From Aeriscardovia aeriphila (GTDB lineage Bacteria > Actinomycetota > Actinomycetes > Actinomycetales > Bifidobacteriaceae): 64,000 nucleotides of DNA. How positions within the stretch are numbered: the first letter of the stretch is position 1; each line of letters begins with the position of its first letter. This document shows, piece by piece, positions 1 to 10,300 of the stretch. Under the pieces are notes generated by a model. It saw only the letters and a list, made by a program, of their open reading frames with translations. It did no database searches and had not been told where the DNA came from. Location: assembly GCA_949290445.1 (NCBI GenBank), contig CASERW010000001.1, forward strand, positions 20,799 through 84,798. The letters are read 5' to 3'. Position numbers and translations under genes: made by a program.

Positions 1-123
1 GCTCCAGCAGCAGCTGAGGAAGCACCAACCACTTACCACTCTGAGGTTTCCAACGAGGGTACCCTGGCTTCTGATTCCAAGCTCGCTGAGCTGCGCAACA
101 AGCTGCTCAACAACCAGGAGTGA
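1..123 (+). CDS. rpsA: 30S ribosomal protein S1, C-terminal end (partial)
   Basis: Frame +1 reads ...EGTLASDSKLAELRNKLLNNQE*, resembling the actinobacterial S1 tail; it lies upstream of coaE-uvrB in the usual order and is followed by a terminator. Confidence 0.8.
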   Translation, partial: APAAAEEAPTTYHSEVSNEGTLASDSKLAELRNKLLNNQE

Positions 124-200
124 GCCACTCTGTGACTCAGCAATAGCTGAGCTAACTGCTGAACAAGCTCTTATAGCGTGATCAGTAGCGCGAGAAAGGG

Positions 201-228
201 AAGGGGACGTCTACGGACGTCCCCTTTT
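201..228 (+). terminator. Intrinsic terminator after rpsA
   Basis: aaggggacgtc-tacg-gacgtcccctt followed by a T run. Confidence 0.85.
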
Positions 229-376
229 GCGTATCAGCGTAATTATTTTCATTATTGTAAAATTCACTGAAGGGAAAGTCTTCAGTGAAAGAAATTCCGC
301 ATTTTTGTACAGCCTAGCGTGACATAATCAAGAAACGGATAGGAGAGACAATCCTTTGAGGCCTAGTGGGGGTTCA

Positions 377-1048
377 ATGTTTTCTCGCGTCGCGGTAACT
401 GGCGGTATTGGCGCCGGTAAATCAACCATTACAAAGCACTTGCAGGAGCGAGGAGCCTTCGTTATCGACTACGACGAGGTGAGTAGAGAAATCGTTGCCC
501 CGGGAACCGACGGCCTGCGCCGCGTTGTCGACCTGTTTGGCTCGGAGGCTCTCAACGCAGACGGAACAATGAACCGCAAATGGGTCAGTCATGAAGTTTT
601 CGGTCGTCCTGACCTGCGCAAACGTTTTGAATCCATCATCCACCCGCTTATTTTTGCTGACGCGGAAAAACAAGAATCGGACTGGATTGCCTCGCTGGCA
701 GTCCGACGCGAACTGTCCCAAGGGAACGGGCGCTCTGGCCATTACTGCAAGCCGGGCAGTCCCCACCGCATCGTCATTCATGAAATTCCTCTGCTCGCAG
801 AAACGGGAATTGCACGCTGGTTTGACACTGTTATTGATATTGAAGCACCCGAAGAGGTGCGCATTCAGCGTCTCGTTGAATCGCGCAATCTCAACCGTGC
901 AGAAGCGCGAGCTCGCATTGCCTCGCAAGCCAGTGAAGAGCAGAGGCGCCAGCTTGCCACTTATGTGATCAACTCGGACAAGCCACTGCAAGAGGTGTAT
1001 GACGAAGCCGATCGCATTTACGATAAGCTGTGCCACCTCGAAGGCTGA
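377..1048 (+). CDS. coaE: Dephospho-CoA kinase
   Basis: VTGGIGAGKS P-loop, IIHPLI and EIPLLAE motifs; ATG at 377 preferred; short extra segment in mid-protein. Confidence 0.93.
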   Translation: MFSRVAVTGGIGAGKSTITKHLQERGAFVIDYDEVSREIVAPGTDGLRRVVDLFGSEALNADGTMNRKWVSHEVFGRPDLRKRFESIIHPLIFADAEKQESDWIASLAVRRELSQGNGRSGHYCKPGSPHRIVIHEIPLLAETGIARWFDTVIDIEAPEEVRIQRLVESRNLNRAEARARIASQASEEQRRQLATYVINSDKPLQEVYDEADRIYDKLCHLEG

Positions 1049-1094
1049 GCCGCGGTAAAACACTTAAAGCCCCATAGGACTGTGAAGGAAAGCT

Positions 1095-3233
1095 GTGTCA
1101 GGTTTAAGCCAAGAATTCGTTGAAGAGTATGGCATCAAGCGCACCAACAAGCCTTTCGTAGTGAAAGCGCCCTACGAGCCCAGCGGCGACCAGCCTCAAG
1201 CAATCCAACAAATCGTCGATCGCATCAACGCTGGCGAAACCGACGTCGTTTTGCAAGGCGCCACCGGAACGGGTAAAACAGCCACAGCCGCCTGGGTTAT
1301 CGAAAAGCTGCAACGCCCAACGCTGATTATTGAGCCCAACAAAACCCTGGCTGCTCAGCTGTGCTCTGAGCTACGCCAACTCATGCCTGATAACGCCGTC
1401 AACTACTTTGTTTCCTACTACGACTACTACCAGCCCGAAGCCTACATTCCTCAAACGGACACGTTCATCGAAAAGGATTCCGACATTGATGACAATGTGG
1501 AACGCTTGCGCCATGCAGCAACCGCAGCACTTCTCACTCGTCGCGATTGCGTCGTCGTAGCGACAGTCTCCTGCATTTATGGCTTGGGTACGCCAGAAGA
1601 GTACGCCAAGCAAATGCTGTTCTTGCAACAAGGCCAAGAGATTGACAGGCAAAAGTTACTGCGCCGCTTCGTCGACATGCAGTACAAGCGCAATGATCTG
1701 GCCTTCACGCGCGGTACTTTCCGAGTGAAAGGCGACACCGTCGAAATCATCCCTGTGTACGAGGAGAACGCCATTCGCCTCGAATTCTTCGGCGACGAAA
1801 TCGACCGCATCTCCACGCTCAACCCGATCACTGGCGATGAAATTGGGGAAGAGGAGCAAATCCAGATTTTCCCCGCCACCCAGTACGCCAATGGCCCGGA
1901 ACGCACGAAGCACGCCATTCAGACCATTCAAGAGGAACTGGACGAGCAGCTCGCCAAATTCAAGAAGGAAGGCAAGCTCCTCGAAGCCCAACGTTTGCAA
2001 CAGCGCACTTCATATGACCTGGAAATGCTCGCACAAGTAGGAACATGCTCTGGCGTGGAGAATTATTCACGCCACTTTGACCAGCGAGCAGCAGGAACAC
2101 CACCGCACACGCTGCTGGACTTCTTCCCCGACGATTTCCTGCTCATCATCGATGAGTCGCATGTCACCGTCCCCCAGATTGGTGGCATGTATCACGGTGA
2201 TATGTCCCGCAAGCGCACGCTCGTGCAATATGGTTTCCGCCTGCCCTCGGCTATGGATAACCGCCCGCTGAAGTGGGATGAGTTCGAAAGCCATATCGGT
2301 CAAACGATCTACCTGTCCGCAACTCCGGGCGACTATGAGCGTGACCGCAGCGATGGGGTAGTGGACCAGGTGATTCGCCCAACAGGCCTTCTCGACCCTC
2401 TCATCGACGTGCGCCCGACGAAAGGCCAGATTGACGACCTTCTCGACGAGATCAACCAGACTGTTGCTCGCGGTGAGCGCGCATTGGTGACCACCTTGAC
2501 GAAGAAGATGGCAGAAGACCTCTCTGACTATCTGCTTGACCATGGTGTCAAAGTGAAATACTTGCACTCGGATATCGACACGTTGAAGCGCGTGGAATTA
2601 TTGCGCGAACTGCGAGAAGGCAAGATCGACGTCATCGTAGGCATCAACCTCTTGCGAGAGGGTTTGGATTTGCCTGAAGTATCCTTAGTGGCAATCTTGG
2701 ACGCTGATAAGGAAGGCTTCCTGCGCTCGTATCGCTCTCTTATTCAGACGATCGGTCGCGCGGCGCGTAATGTGCACGGCCATGTGGTGATGTATGCAGA
2801 TACGGTCACCGACTCCATGCGCCAGGCGATTGACGAGACGAAGCGTCGCCGTAGCGTTCAGGAAGCGTACAACAAGAAGCATCATCGCACGCCTCAGCCT
2901 CTGGTCAAGAAGATCACTGACGTCAACGACATGATCGCCAAGGAAGACGTCGATACGCAAAGCTTGCTGGCCGGAGGTTACCGTAACTCCACCTCGGCGG
3001 CAAGCTCGCATTACGGAATCCCGGCCCAGGACGAGCAAGAGATTACCAGGAGGCATGAGGAGCTGGAGAAGGCTGGAATGCCAGCCGAAGAGCTCAACTC
3101 TCTCATCCGCGAGCTGGATACAAAGATGAGGCAAGCCTCCGAGCAGTTGCAGTTTGAGCTGGCCGCTCGACTGCGCGATGAGATCATGGATTTGAAGAAG
3201 GAATTGAGGACGATGATTCGCGCTCAAAAATGA
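1095..3233 (+). CDS. uvrB: Excinuclease ABC subunit B
   Basis: [18 protein letters not shown] beta-hairpin, [12 protein letters not shown] and a C-terminal UVR coil. Confidence 0.98.
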   Translation: MSGLSQEFVEEYGIKRTNKPFVVKAPYEPSGDQPQAIQQIVDRINAGETDVVLQGATGTGKTATAAWVIEKLQRPTLIIEPNKTLAAQLCSELRQLMPDNAVNYFVSYYDYYQPEAYIPQTDTFIEKDSDIDDNVERLRHAATAALLTRRDCVVVATVSCIYGLGTPEEYAKQMLFLQQGQEIDRQKLLRRFVDMQYKRNDLAFTRGTFRVKGDTVEIIPVYEENAIRLEFFGDEIDRISTLNPITGDEIGEEEQIQIFPATQYANGPERTKHAIQTIQEELDEQLAKFKKEGKLLEAQRLQQRTSYDLEMLAQVGTCSGVENYSRHFDQRAAGTPPHTLLDFFPDDFLLIIDESHVTVPQIGGMYHGDMSRKRTLVQYGFRLPSAMDNRPLKWDEFESHIGQTIYLSATPGDYERDRSDGVVDQVIRPTGLLDPLIDVRPTKGQIDDLLDEINQTVARGERALVTTLTKKMAEDLSDYLLDHGVKVKYLHSDIDTLKRVELLRELREGKIDVIVGINLLREGLDLPEVSLVAILDADKEGFLRSYRSLIQTIGRAARNVHGHVVMYADTVTDSMRQAIDETKRRRSVQEAYNKKHHRTPQPLVKKITDVNDMIAKEDVDTQSLLAGGYRNSTSAASSHYGIPAQDEQEITRRHEELEKAGMPAEELNSLIRELDTKMRQASEQLQFELAARLRDEIMDLKKELRTMIRAQK

Positions 3234-3418
3234 GCAGAGTAAGCGAAACTTTCCCCGTGATTTCGCCGCTTATTTGGGTGTGTTGTGCGTTAGGGGCTGG
3301 CGCTAAGATAGAGGCGTCAAGGACTGGCGCGGCCTTCTACATCGTGATGGCTTGGCTATCAGGGTTGGAATAGTCCGCTGGCTCGCGATCAGTCAACACT
3401 CAAGTGAGGTATGAATTC

Positions 3419-4858
3419 ATGCGCAAAGGCAAGATCGTAAACACTCAGGGTCCAGCAGTTGAGGGTTATGAGAACGCTCTCAAGCTTGTGCAGGCCGGCA
3501 TGGATGTGGCACGTCTGAACCGCTCTCACGGCACTGTCGAGGAGCATCTCGCTAACTACAACAATCTGCGTAATGCTGCTAAGGAAGCTGGCCGTAACCT
3601 CGCCATCCTCGTGGATATCCAGGGTCCAAAGATCCGTTGCGGTTGGTTCAAGAAGAACGCTGAGGGTGAAGACAAGGTCGTCCTGAAGGAAGGCCAGGAG
3701 TTCACCATTTCCAACGATCCAGAGATTATTGGTGACGAAACCCGCACTGGTTGCACCTTCGAGGGTCTGCCTCAGGATTGCCACCCAGGTGATCCAATCC
3801 TCATCGACGATGGTAAGGTTCGCCTCGAGGTCACCTCTGTTGAGGGCAACGAAGTCCACACTAAGGTTGTCGTGGCTGGTCCAGTGAGCTCCCACAAGGG
3901 CATCAACCTTCCCGGTGTCGCCGTCTCCCTCCCAGCTCTGACCGAGAAGGATGAGGCTGATCTGCGTTGGGGCGTCAAGGTTGGCGCTGACATCATCGCA
4001 ATGTCCTTCGTGCGTTCCGCAAAGGACATCGAGCGTGCACACGAGATCATGGACGAAGAGGGTCGTCGCGTCCCGATCGTCGCAAAGATCGAGAAGCCAC
4101 AGGCAGTGGAAAACCTCGAAGAGATCGTCAAGACCTTCGACGGCATCATGGTTGCTCGTGGCGATATGGCAGTTGAGATGCCATTCGAAGAGGTCCCGCT
4201 GGTCACCTATCAGTGCATCGAGCTGTGCCGCAAGTACGCCAAGCCATGCATCGTAGCAACCGAGGTCCTTGGCTCCATGGTCAACTCCCCAGTTCCATCC
4301 CGTGCAGAGGCTTCCGATTGCGCTAACGCCATGCTCGGCGGCGCCGATGCAACCATGACCTCCAACGAGACCGCAATGGGTAAGTACCCATTCGACACCG
4401 TCAAGGCAATGGCTCGCATCTCCAACTACGCAACCGAGAAGGGCTACAACCGCATTCCAAAGCTCGACCCAGCAAAGATCGACCTTTCCAACGGTGGCGC
4501 AACTGCACTCTCTGCTGTTGAGTTGGCTGAGAAGTCCGGCGCACAGGCAATTGTTACCTTCACCGATAACGGCCGTGCTGTGAACCAGATCTCTCGCTTC
4601 CGTCCACAGGCTCCAATCTTCGGCTTCACCACCGATGCTCACAACTTCGGTTGGATCACCCTGTCTTGGGGCACCACTGCTGTGATGAGCGAGAAGAAGG
4701 CTTCTGAGCTCTCCAGGGCTGAGCTCCTCTCCCTCGTGGATGAGACCCTCAAGGCTAAGGGTGCTGTGAAGGCTGGCGATCAGGTTGTCGTCTCCCTCTC
4801 TGAGACTGGCGAGCTGCTCGATGGCGAAGAGTCCGTCATTCTGCACACTGTTGCCTGA
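3419..4858 (+). CDS. pyk: Pyruvate kinase
   Basis: ARLNRSHG, DIQGPKIR, IVAKIEKPQA, GIMVARGDM and SNETAMGKYP; strong codon bias. Confidence 0.97.
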   Translation: MRKGKIVNTQGPAVEGYENALKLVQAGMDVARLNRSHGTVEEHLANYNNLRNAAKEAGRNLAILVDIQGPKIRCGWFKKNAEGEDKVVLKEGQEFTISNDPEIIGDETRTGCTFEGLPQDCHPGDPILIDDGKVRLEVTSVEGNEVHTKVVVAGPVSSHKGINLPGVAVSLPALTEKDEADLRWGVKVGADIIAMSFVRSAKDIERAHEIMDEEGRRVPIVAKIEKPQAVENLEEIVKTFDGIMVARGDMAVEMPFEEVPLVTYQCIELCRKYAKPCIVATEVLGSMVNSPVPSRAEASDCANAMLGGADATMTSNETAMGKYPFDTVKAMARISNYATEKGYNRIPKLDPAKIDLSNGGATALSAVELAEKSGAQAIVTFTDNGRAVNQISRFRPQAPIFGFTTDAHNFGWITLSWGTTAVMSEKKASELSRAELLSLVDETLKAKGAVKAGDQVVVSLSETGELLDGEESVILHTVA

Positions 4859-4890
4859 GTTTACTGAAGTAATTTCAGAATAATCAGCTG

Positions 4891-4930
4891 AAGGGTGTTG
4901 CTACAGAGTTCTGTAGCAACACCCTTTTTT
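4891..4930 (+). terminator. Intrinsic terminator after pyk
   Basis: aagggtgttgctacag / ctgtagcaacaccctt perfect stem plus T run. Confidence 0.9.
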
Positions 4931-4954
4931 GTTTGTGCTGGAGTTTATACCGCG

Positions 4955-4983
4955 TTGACAATCTGTATCCTGTAGGATACGCT
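4955..4983 (+). promoter_or_regulatory. Toxin-antitoxin promoter with palindromic operator
   Basis: TTGACA (4955-4960), 17 bp, TACGCT (4978-4983); inverted repeat GTATCCT-gt-AGGATAC (4965-4980) lies in the spacer; ATG follows 7 nt later, so probably leaderless. Confidence 0.7.
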
Positions 4984-4990
4984 GTTAAAT

Positions 4991-5302
4991 ATGCAAATAC
5001 GAAACACCAGTACCTTCAGTACTTGGTTAAACAAGCTGAAAGATCGACAGGCAAAGATGAGAATCGTTGCTTATATTCAGCAAGTGCAACTGAAGGGGCA
5101 GCTTACTGGAACACTGAAACCGGTAGGTTCAGGTGTCTCGGAAATAAAATTCTATTTCGGCAGTGGATATAGAGTTTATTTTGCGCAAAAGGGAAATGAA
5201 ATTGTCATTCTTCTTGCTGGAGGAGATAAGTCAACCCAACAACGCGATATTGTGCGTGCTCAGGAATTACTTCACGAGCTAGAGGAGGCAGGACAATGGT
5301 AG
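4991..5302 (+). CDS. Type II toxin, RelE/ParE/HigB superfamily (addiction module killer type)
   Basis: KPVGSGVSEIKFYFGSGYRVYF and ILLAGGDKSTQQRDI motifs; overlaps the downstream antidote gene. Confidence 0.88.
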   Translation: MQIRNTSTFSTWLNKLKDRQAKMRIVAYIQQVQLKGQLTGTLKPVGSGVSEIKFYFGSGYRVYFAQKGNEIVILLAGGDKSTQQRDIVRAQELLHELEEAGQW

Positions 5303-5586
5303 AAGTTAGCGATTGGGATGCAAGCGAATACCTCTCAAGTGAAGAGGATATTGTTGAATACCTCAATGTTTGCTTGGAGAGCGAAGACCCTCAACTCATT
5401 CAATCTGCTCTAGGAGATATCGCGAAAGCGAGAGGGATGAGTCAGATTGCGCAACAAGCTCATGTGGGAAGAGAAAGTCTGTACAAAAGTCTGTCTTCGT
5501 CAGGAAATCCCTCTTTCCAAACTATCGTAAAAGTGATTCGTGCATTGGGCGGGAAACTCACGATTCAACCTGCAAGTAGTCACTAA
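5296..5586 (+). CDS. Addiction module antidote, HTH antitoxin (HI1420 type)
   Basis: WDASEYL ... ALGDIAKARGMSQIA ... GRESLYKSLS..GNPSFQTI. Confidence 0.88.
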   Translation: MVEVSDWDASEYLSSEEDIVEYLNVCLESEDPQLIQSALGDIAKARGMSQIAQQAHVGRESLYKSLSSSGNPSFQTIVKVIRALGGKLTIQPASSH

Positions 5587-5632
5587 ACGTTGCGATAAAC
5601 TGCGCGTATTCATTCATATGTATGCATGAAAA

Positions 5633-5679
5633 ATGCCCGTCTGGGGAACATTTTCGTTCCTAGGCGGGCATGAGTTTTT
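5633..5679. terminator. Bidirectional terminator between the TA pair and NUDIX
   Basis: atgcccgtctggggaac / gttcctaggcgggcat stem flanked by A and T runs between convergent genes. Confidence 0.7.
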
Positions 5680-5727
5680 ATCTCAGTGAAGATTCTCACT
5701 CAACTTCGAAGCTTGCAATTGAGCAAT

Positions 5728-6318
5728 TCACTGATCCAAGCCGCGGTTGACAGCGCGAAGCACGGCGATCACCGTCTTGGCGTCGAGAATTTCACCGCTC
5801 AAAACCATCGAATAGGCCTCGTCGAGGGTGAGCCAACGAATGGAGGAGCGGCGCATATCAATGCCCTTCACCTCACGAGAAACGTCGGTCAGGCCATTAG
5901 CCAAGAAGAGGGAAGTGTAGTGAGTCGAGTAGCTTGGCGTGTTGATGAAGCGCAGAATTTGCGTGTAATTCTCAGCAACCAAACCAGCTTCCTCGCGCAG
6001 CTTCTTTGCTGCGGTCTTCACTGGGTCTTCGCCCTCTACCTCGGCGTGGCCTGCAGGAATTTCCAAGGTCCAACGGTGTGTAGGAATGCGGTACTGCTCG
6101 ATGAATGGAATTTTCCCGTCGCCGCCGACAGCAAACACGGCAACAGTGTCCCCGCGATGAGTGTGAACGATTTTGCGAGAGAAGTGTCCAAAATTCGCTG
6201 CGTGAAGGTTAACTTTCTCCACCTGGAAGTAGAAGGCGTCATCGATAGTTTCGCGAGAGTCTTCCACAACCGGAGGAACACGCCATGGATCAAAACGTCG
6301 ATAAGTCTCGTCCGCCAT
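5728..6318 (-). CDS. NUDIX hydrolase (ADP-ribose pyrophosphatase-like)
   Basis: EQYRIP..RWTLEIPAG ... AAKKLREEAG Nudix box; ILDAKT. Confidence 0.88.
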   Translation of the reverse strand: MADETYRRFDPWRVPPVVEDSRETIDDAFYFQVEKVNLHAANFGHFSRKIVHTHRGDTVAVFAVGGDGKIPFIEQYRIPTHRWTLEIPAGHAEVEGEDPVKTAAKKLREEAGLVAENYTQILRFINTPSYSTHYTSLFLANGLTDVSREVKGIDMRRSSIRWLTLDEAYSMVLSGEILDAKTVIAVLRAVNRGLDQ

Positions 6319-6477
6319 AAAAATCTCCTTTGTGGATCGGGGCGGATCAGCATGATGACACTGGTCCCTACTCTCTATTTTAGATTCAGCGGTCTAGATT
6401 GGTAGCTCACCACGCCGTACACGCCGATGTGTTTGCCGGTGAGGTGTTTGTGATACACTAATGCAGTCATTGAGAAA

Positions 6478-6551
6478 GCCTCAGTATCCCAACTGGTAGA
6501 GGAGACAGACTCAAAATCTGTACAGTGTGGGTTCGAATCCCTCCTGAGGCA
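6478..6551 (+). tRNA. tRNA-Leu(CAA), short variable arm
   Basis: Acceptor stem GCCTCAG/CTGAGGC, anticodon arm ACAGA-CTCAAAA-TCTGT, T loop TTCGAAT; CCA not encoded. Confidence 0.9.
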
Positions 6552-6607
6552 CTTTTATGAACGGATCTCCAGAGCGGTAGATCTGTCCTCCTGAGAAAGG
6601 CAGTGAC

Positions 6608-7216
6608 ATGGCAAGTCAGAAGAAAGAGACCGCAAACGAGGAAACCCCTCGTCGTGTGGTAGTCGCTGAAGACGAGGCCCTTATCCGCCTCGATATCATT
6701 GAATCTTTGAAATCCGCTGGTTATGACGTCGTCGGTGAAGCTGCCAATGGTGCAGAAGCTATCGACTTGGCTCGTGCCAACCATCCTGATGTCGTGATCA
6801 TGGATGTGAAGATGCCAGGAACTGACGGCATTACCGCTGCTAAGACGATTACCGATGAAGGCATCGCCCCGGTCGTCATGCTCACGGCATTCTCGCAGCA
6901 AACTCTCGTCCAGCAGGCTGGCGAGGCAGGCGCTATGGCTTACGTGGTCAAGCCTTTCGTTCCGGAAAAGCTGTTCCCAGCCATTGAGATTGCCATGACG
7001 CGATTCCAGCAAATGCAAATTTTGCGCGACCAGGTTTCTGACCTGAAGGAACGCTTCGAAGCCCGTAAGAAGATTGACCACGCCAAGGGTCTGCTCCAAG
7101 AGAACATGGGCTTGAGCGAATCGGAAGCCTTCCGCTGGATTCAGAAGACGTCGATGGATCGTCGCCTGACCATGGCAGAAGTTGCTGAAGCAGTGATTGC
7201 ACAGGTCAAGGCCTGA
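6608..7216 (+). CDS. ANTAR-domain response regulator (PdtaR-like)
   Basis: Receiver domain (AEDE, MDVKMP, KPF) plus ANTAR (IDHAKGLLQ...EAFRWIQKTSMDRR); tRNA-Leu/regulator/polA order as in other actinobacteria. Confidence 0.93.
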   Translation: MASQKKETANEETPRRVVVAEDEALIRLDIIESLKSAGYDVVGEAANGAEAIDLARANHPDVVIMDVKMPGTDGITAAKTITDEGIAPVVMLTAFSQQTLVQQAGEAGAMAYVVKPFVPEKLFPAIEIAMTRFQQMQILRDQVSDLKERFEARKKIDHAKGLLQENMGLSESEAFRWIQKTSMDRRLTMAEVAEAVIAQVKA

Positions 7217-7282
7217 GCTAATTCAATAAGAGCTTGGCTAAGAAGAATCTCGGTCAGCAAAAGCTTGGTTAACAAGAACGGT

Positions 7283-7313
7283 AAAGCTGGTATCTTCGGA
7301 TACCAGCTTTTTT
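7283..7313 (+). terminator. Intrinsic terminator
   Basis: aaagctggtatc-ttcg-gataccagcttt followed by T run. Confidence 0.85.
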
Positions 7314-7374
7314 ATTCTCATCAGCGTGAGGGCGTCTCTTTGTTCCTCACAGCTGAAGTCGGTACTCTTAAAGT

Positions 7375-10300
7375 ATGAGCGAAACGAGCACGGGTATGAA
7401 TGAAGCACAGGAAAGCCGGAGCGAAAGCGTCGCACAGGCACATGCGGTTATGATGACCGCAGCGGGCAAAGAGCTTGCCCCTGATAATCCTGAGCTCCTC
7501 ACGACAACAGCAGGGCAGGGCGAGCCAGAGGAAATGACCGACGACAAGATTGCCGAAGGTGTCGCCAAGGCCGTCGCTAAGGAAAAAGACAGGAGTTTGG
7601 AGGAGCTGGAGGCCAGTATTCCTCAAGTTCCCAAGATTACCAACCCGAAAGGCCGCCTTCTTGTGGTTGACGGCCATTCTCTCGCCTTCCGCGCTTGGTA
7701 CGCCTACAACGCCGATAATTTCACCAACGGTAAAGGCCAAGCAACCAACGCGGTGTACGGCTTTATGAGCATGCTCTCTGATGTGTGCCGCAAAGAAAAG
7801 CCAACTCACCTCGCTGTTGCTTTTGATGTGAAAGGCGGCACCTTCCGTAATGTGATGCTCAGTGGTTATAAAGCTACCCGTACTGCCGCACCTGAGGAAT
7901 TGTTGAGCCAGCTGCCGCTGATTCAACGCATGCTCCATGCTCTAACCATTCCCTACATCGAAGTGCCCGGCTATGAGGGCGATGATGTGATCGCAACTCT
8001 GGCCGCCCAAGGTGAGCTTCACGGCTACCAAACCCTCGTGCTTTCTGGCGACCGTGACTCTTTCCAGCTTATTGACGACAACGTGACAGTTCTCTACCCG
8101 GGTTATCACTTCTCTGACCTCAAACATATGACGGCACAAGCCGTGTTGGAGAAATATAAGGTCACTCCTCGCCAATACCCTGATCTCGCCGCAATTCGTG
8201 GCGAGACTTCCGACAACATTCCTGGCGTTCCTGGGGTCGGTGACGGCTTTGCGGCAAAGTGGATCAACCAGTACGGCTCGCTCGCTCAGTTGGTTGCGCA
8301 CGCCGGTGAGCTCACTGGAAAGAAGGGCGCAGCTTTTGCTGAGATGACCGATCAGGTGATGCTTAATCGCCGTATTAACGTGGTGCGTCGCGATGTTGAT
8401 TTCACCGTCGATTTTGACGCGCTCAAGATTACCACTGTGGATGTTCCTGCCCTCGATGCGATTCTTTCTGAGCTCAACTTTGGCCCGCATACGCGTCAAC
8501 GCCTGCTCGATACTTTCGCGCAAGGAAAGAGTGCTGGCGCTGGCCAGAGTGCTAGCGCTGGCCAGAGTGCTGGCGCTGGCCAGAGTGCTGGCACTGGTCA
8601 GAGGGCCACGGGTCATACGAGCGCCGCTCAGGCTGTGAGGAGCGCGGGCGCTGGTCAGGGTGCTAGTAGCGCTCAGATAGCTGGTAATGTGCAGGCTGCT
8701 GGCGGTGTTGGCAGTTCCGCCGCGACTTCGGCTGCTGCTGACGCTGATATGAACACTCCGCCGACCCTCTTCCAAGGCTCTGAACCGGGCGATAACAGTA
8801 CTTCCGCTGCTCGGGACGAGGACTATTTCGACGACTCCTCAGTGCCAGTCACCCCCGTCCCGCTGCTCACTTTTGACCATATTGGCGGTTCGACGAACGC
8901 TGAGCCTGCTGACGTTGAGCAAGCAGCCCTCGCGTCCTACTCGACGCTGACCGCAGCGCAGACCAAACGCGCAGGTGAGGTGCCCCATTTCTCCACGTAT
9001 GAACGAGGGGAGAAGGAGCAAGCACAATTCAGCTTTGATAATCTCAAGCCAACCGTGTTGACCGCCGGCTTACCAGACGCCGAAAAGCTAGAAAAGTGGC
9101 TTTCTGAGCACCCCGCCAGGAAAGCCCAGCGAGTGGCAGGAGCCCAGGCAGCGCAATTTTCCAACGCGCCGATCAACCCCGACACGCCTGACGAGCAGCA
9201 GGGCAGCGTCGCCAATGCGTTGGGAACCGTAAAGAACGCGCGTCAATCTGCGATGGACACGCTTCTCGTGCTGTTGGAAGGAAACCCTCAGCCAGGCAGG
9301 GCGAGGGCTGACACCTTGTGGCTCGTCGCGCCAGACCATCATGCGCTGAGAATCGACCTGCGCAGCATGAATCTTTCGGCCGGACCATCGTGGAATATGA
9401 ATGAGAGTGCCACTCATCAGGATGCCGCTGATAAGGCTGACTTGCGGCTTGAGGAGAGCGACGAGGAAGGAACTCAGGGCTTGAGCGAAGAAGAAGCCCT
9501 CGAAGCTCGCGTTGCCCTCCTTTCCGGCTCTATTCCAGTAGGCCAAGCTCTCAGTGACGGCGAGATTCTCGTCACCGACGACTCACAAGCGGCCTTCGAC
9601 CTCTTCGCTGATGAAGGCGCAGCCGCGAAGAGTGATGCTGGAGAGCAGATTCGCCGCGTGCTCAACAAAGCCTTCCAGCAAAGGGCCATCAGCGTGTGGG
9701 GTTACAAGGAGTCCCTGCTGCTCGCCCAAGCGGTCGGCCTGAAACTCGCCACACCTGCTTTCGACATTAAACTCGCCGCATTCCTCACCTCGCCGGATAA
9801 GCCGTGCGAAACCGTCGAAGAGGCGGCACACACCTTCCTCGGCATTGAGCCGGTGCAGAAAGAGGTTAAGCAGCGTAAGGCGAAGCTCGACTGGTTGGCT
9901 GGTAAGCTCGTGCGTTCGCGCGCTCACGCCTTTGCGCGCCCGGCCTACCTGATGGCTTTGCAACGCTACCTGGCGCAGCTCGTCGACGGCCACTGCCAGT
10001 TTGGCTTGCTGACCAATGTTGAGCTGCCGGTCTCGCAGGTGCTGGCGCGTATGGAGGAAGCTGGAACGAGTGTTGATTCGGCGAAGTTGGAGGAAGTTTA
10101 CCAAGATTTCCACTCCCAAGCTCAGCAGGCCGAACAGATTGCTCTCGACGTGGTGCGAAACCATGAGAATGCGTTGAATCCTCATGCTGATAATCCTGAG
10201 GCGCAAGGGGAAGTGAACCTCAGCTCGCCGCAACAGTTGCAAACAGTGCTGTTCACCACGCTGGGGTTGAAGGGTACCAAGAAGACGGCGCGCGGCTACT

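Noticed and set aside
6555-6600. ANTAR-target dual hairpin upstream of the ANTAR regulator
   Set aside because: Only one hairpin with a 10-nt loop is visible, not two hexaloop stems.
8521-9645. PolA insertion as an intein
   Set aside because: No Cys/Ser start block, His-Asn end or LAGLIDADG motif; the composition is low-complexity linker.
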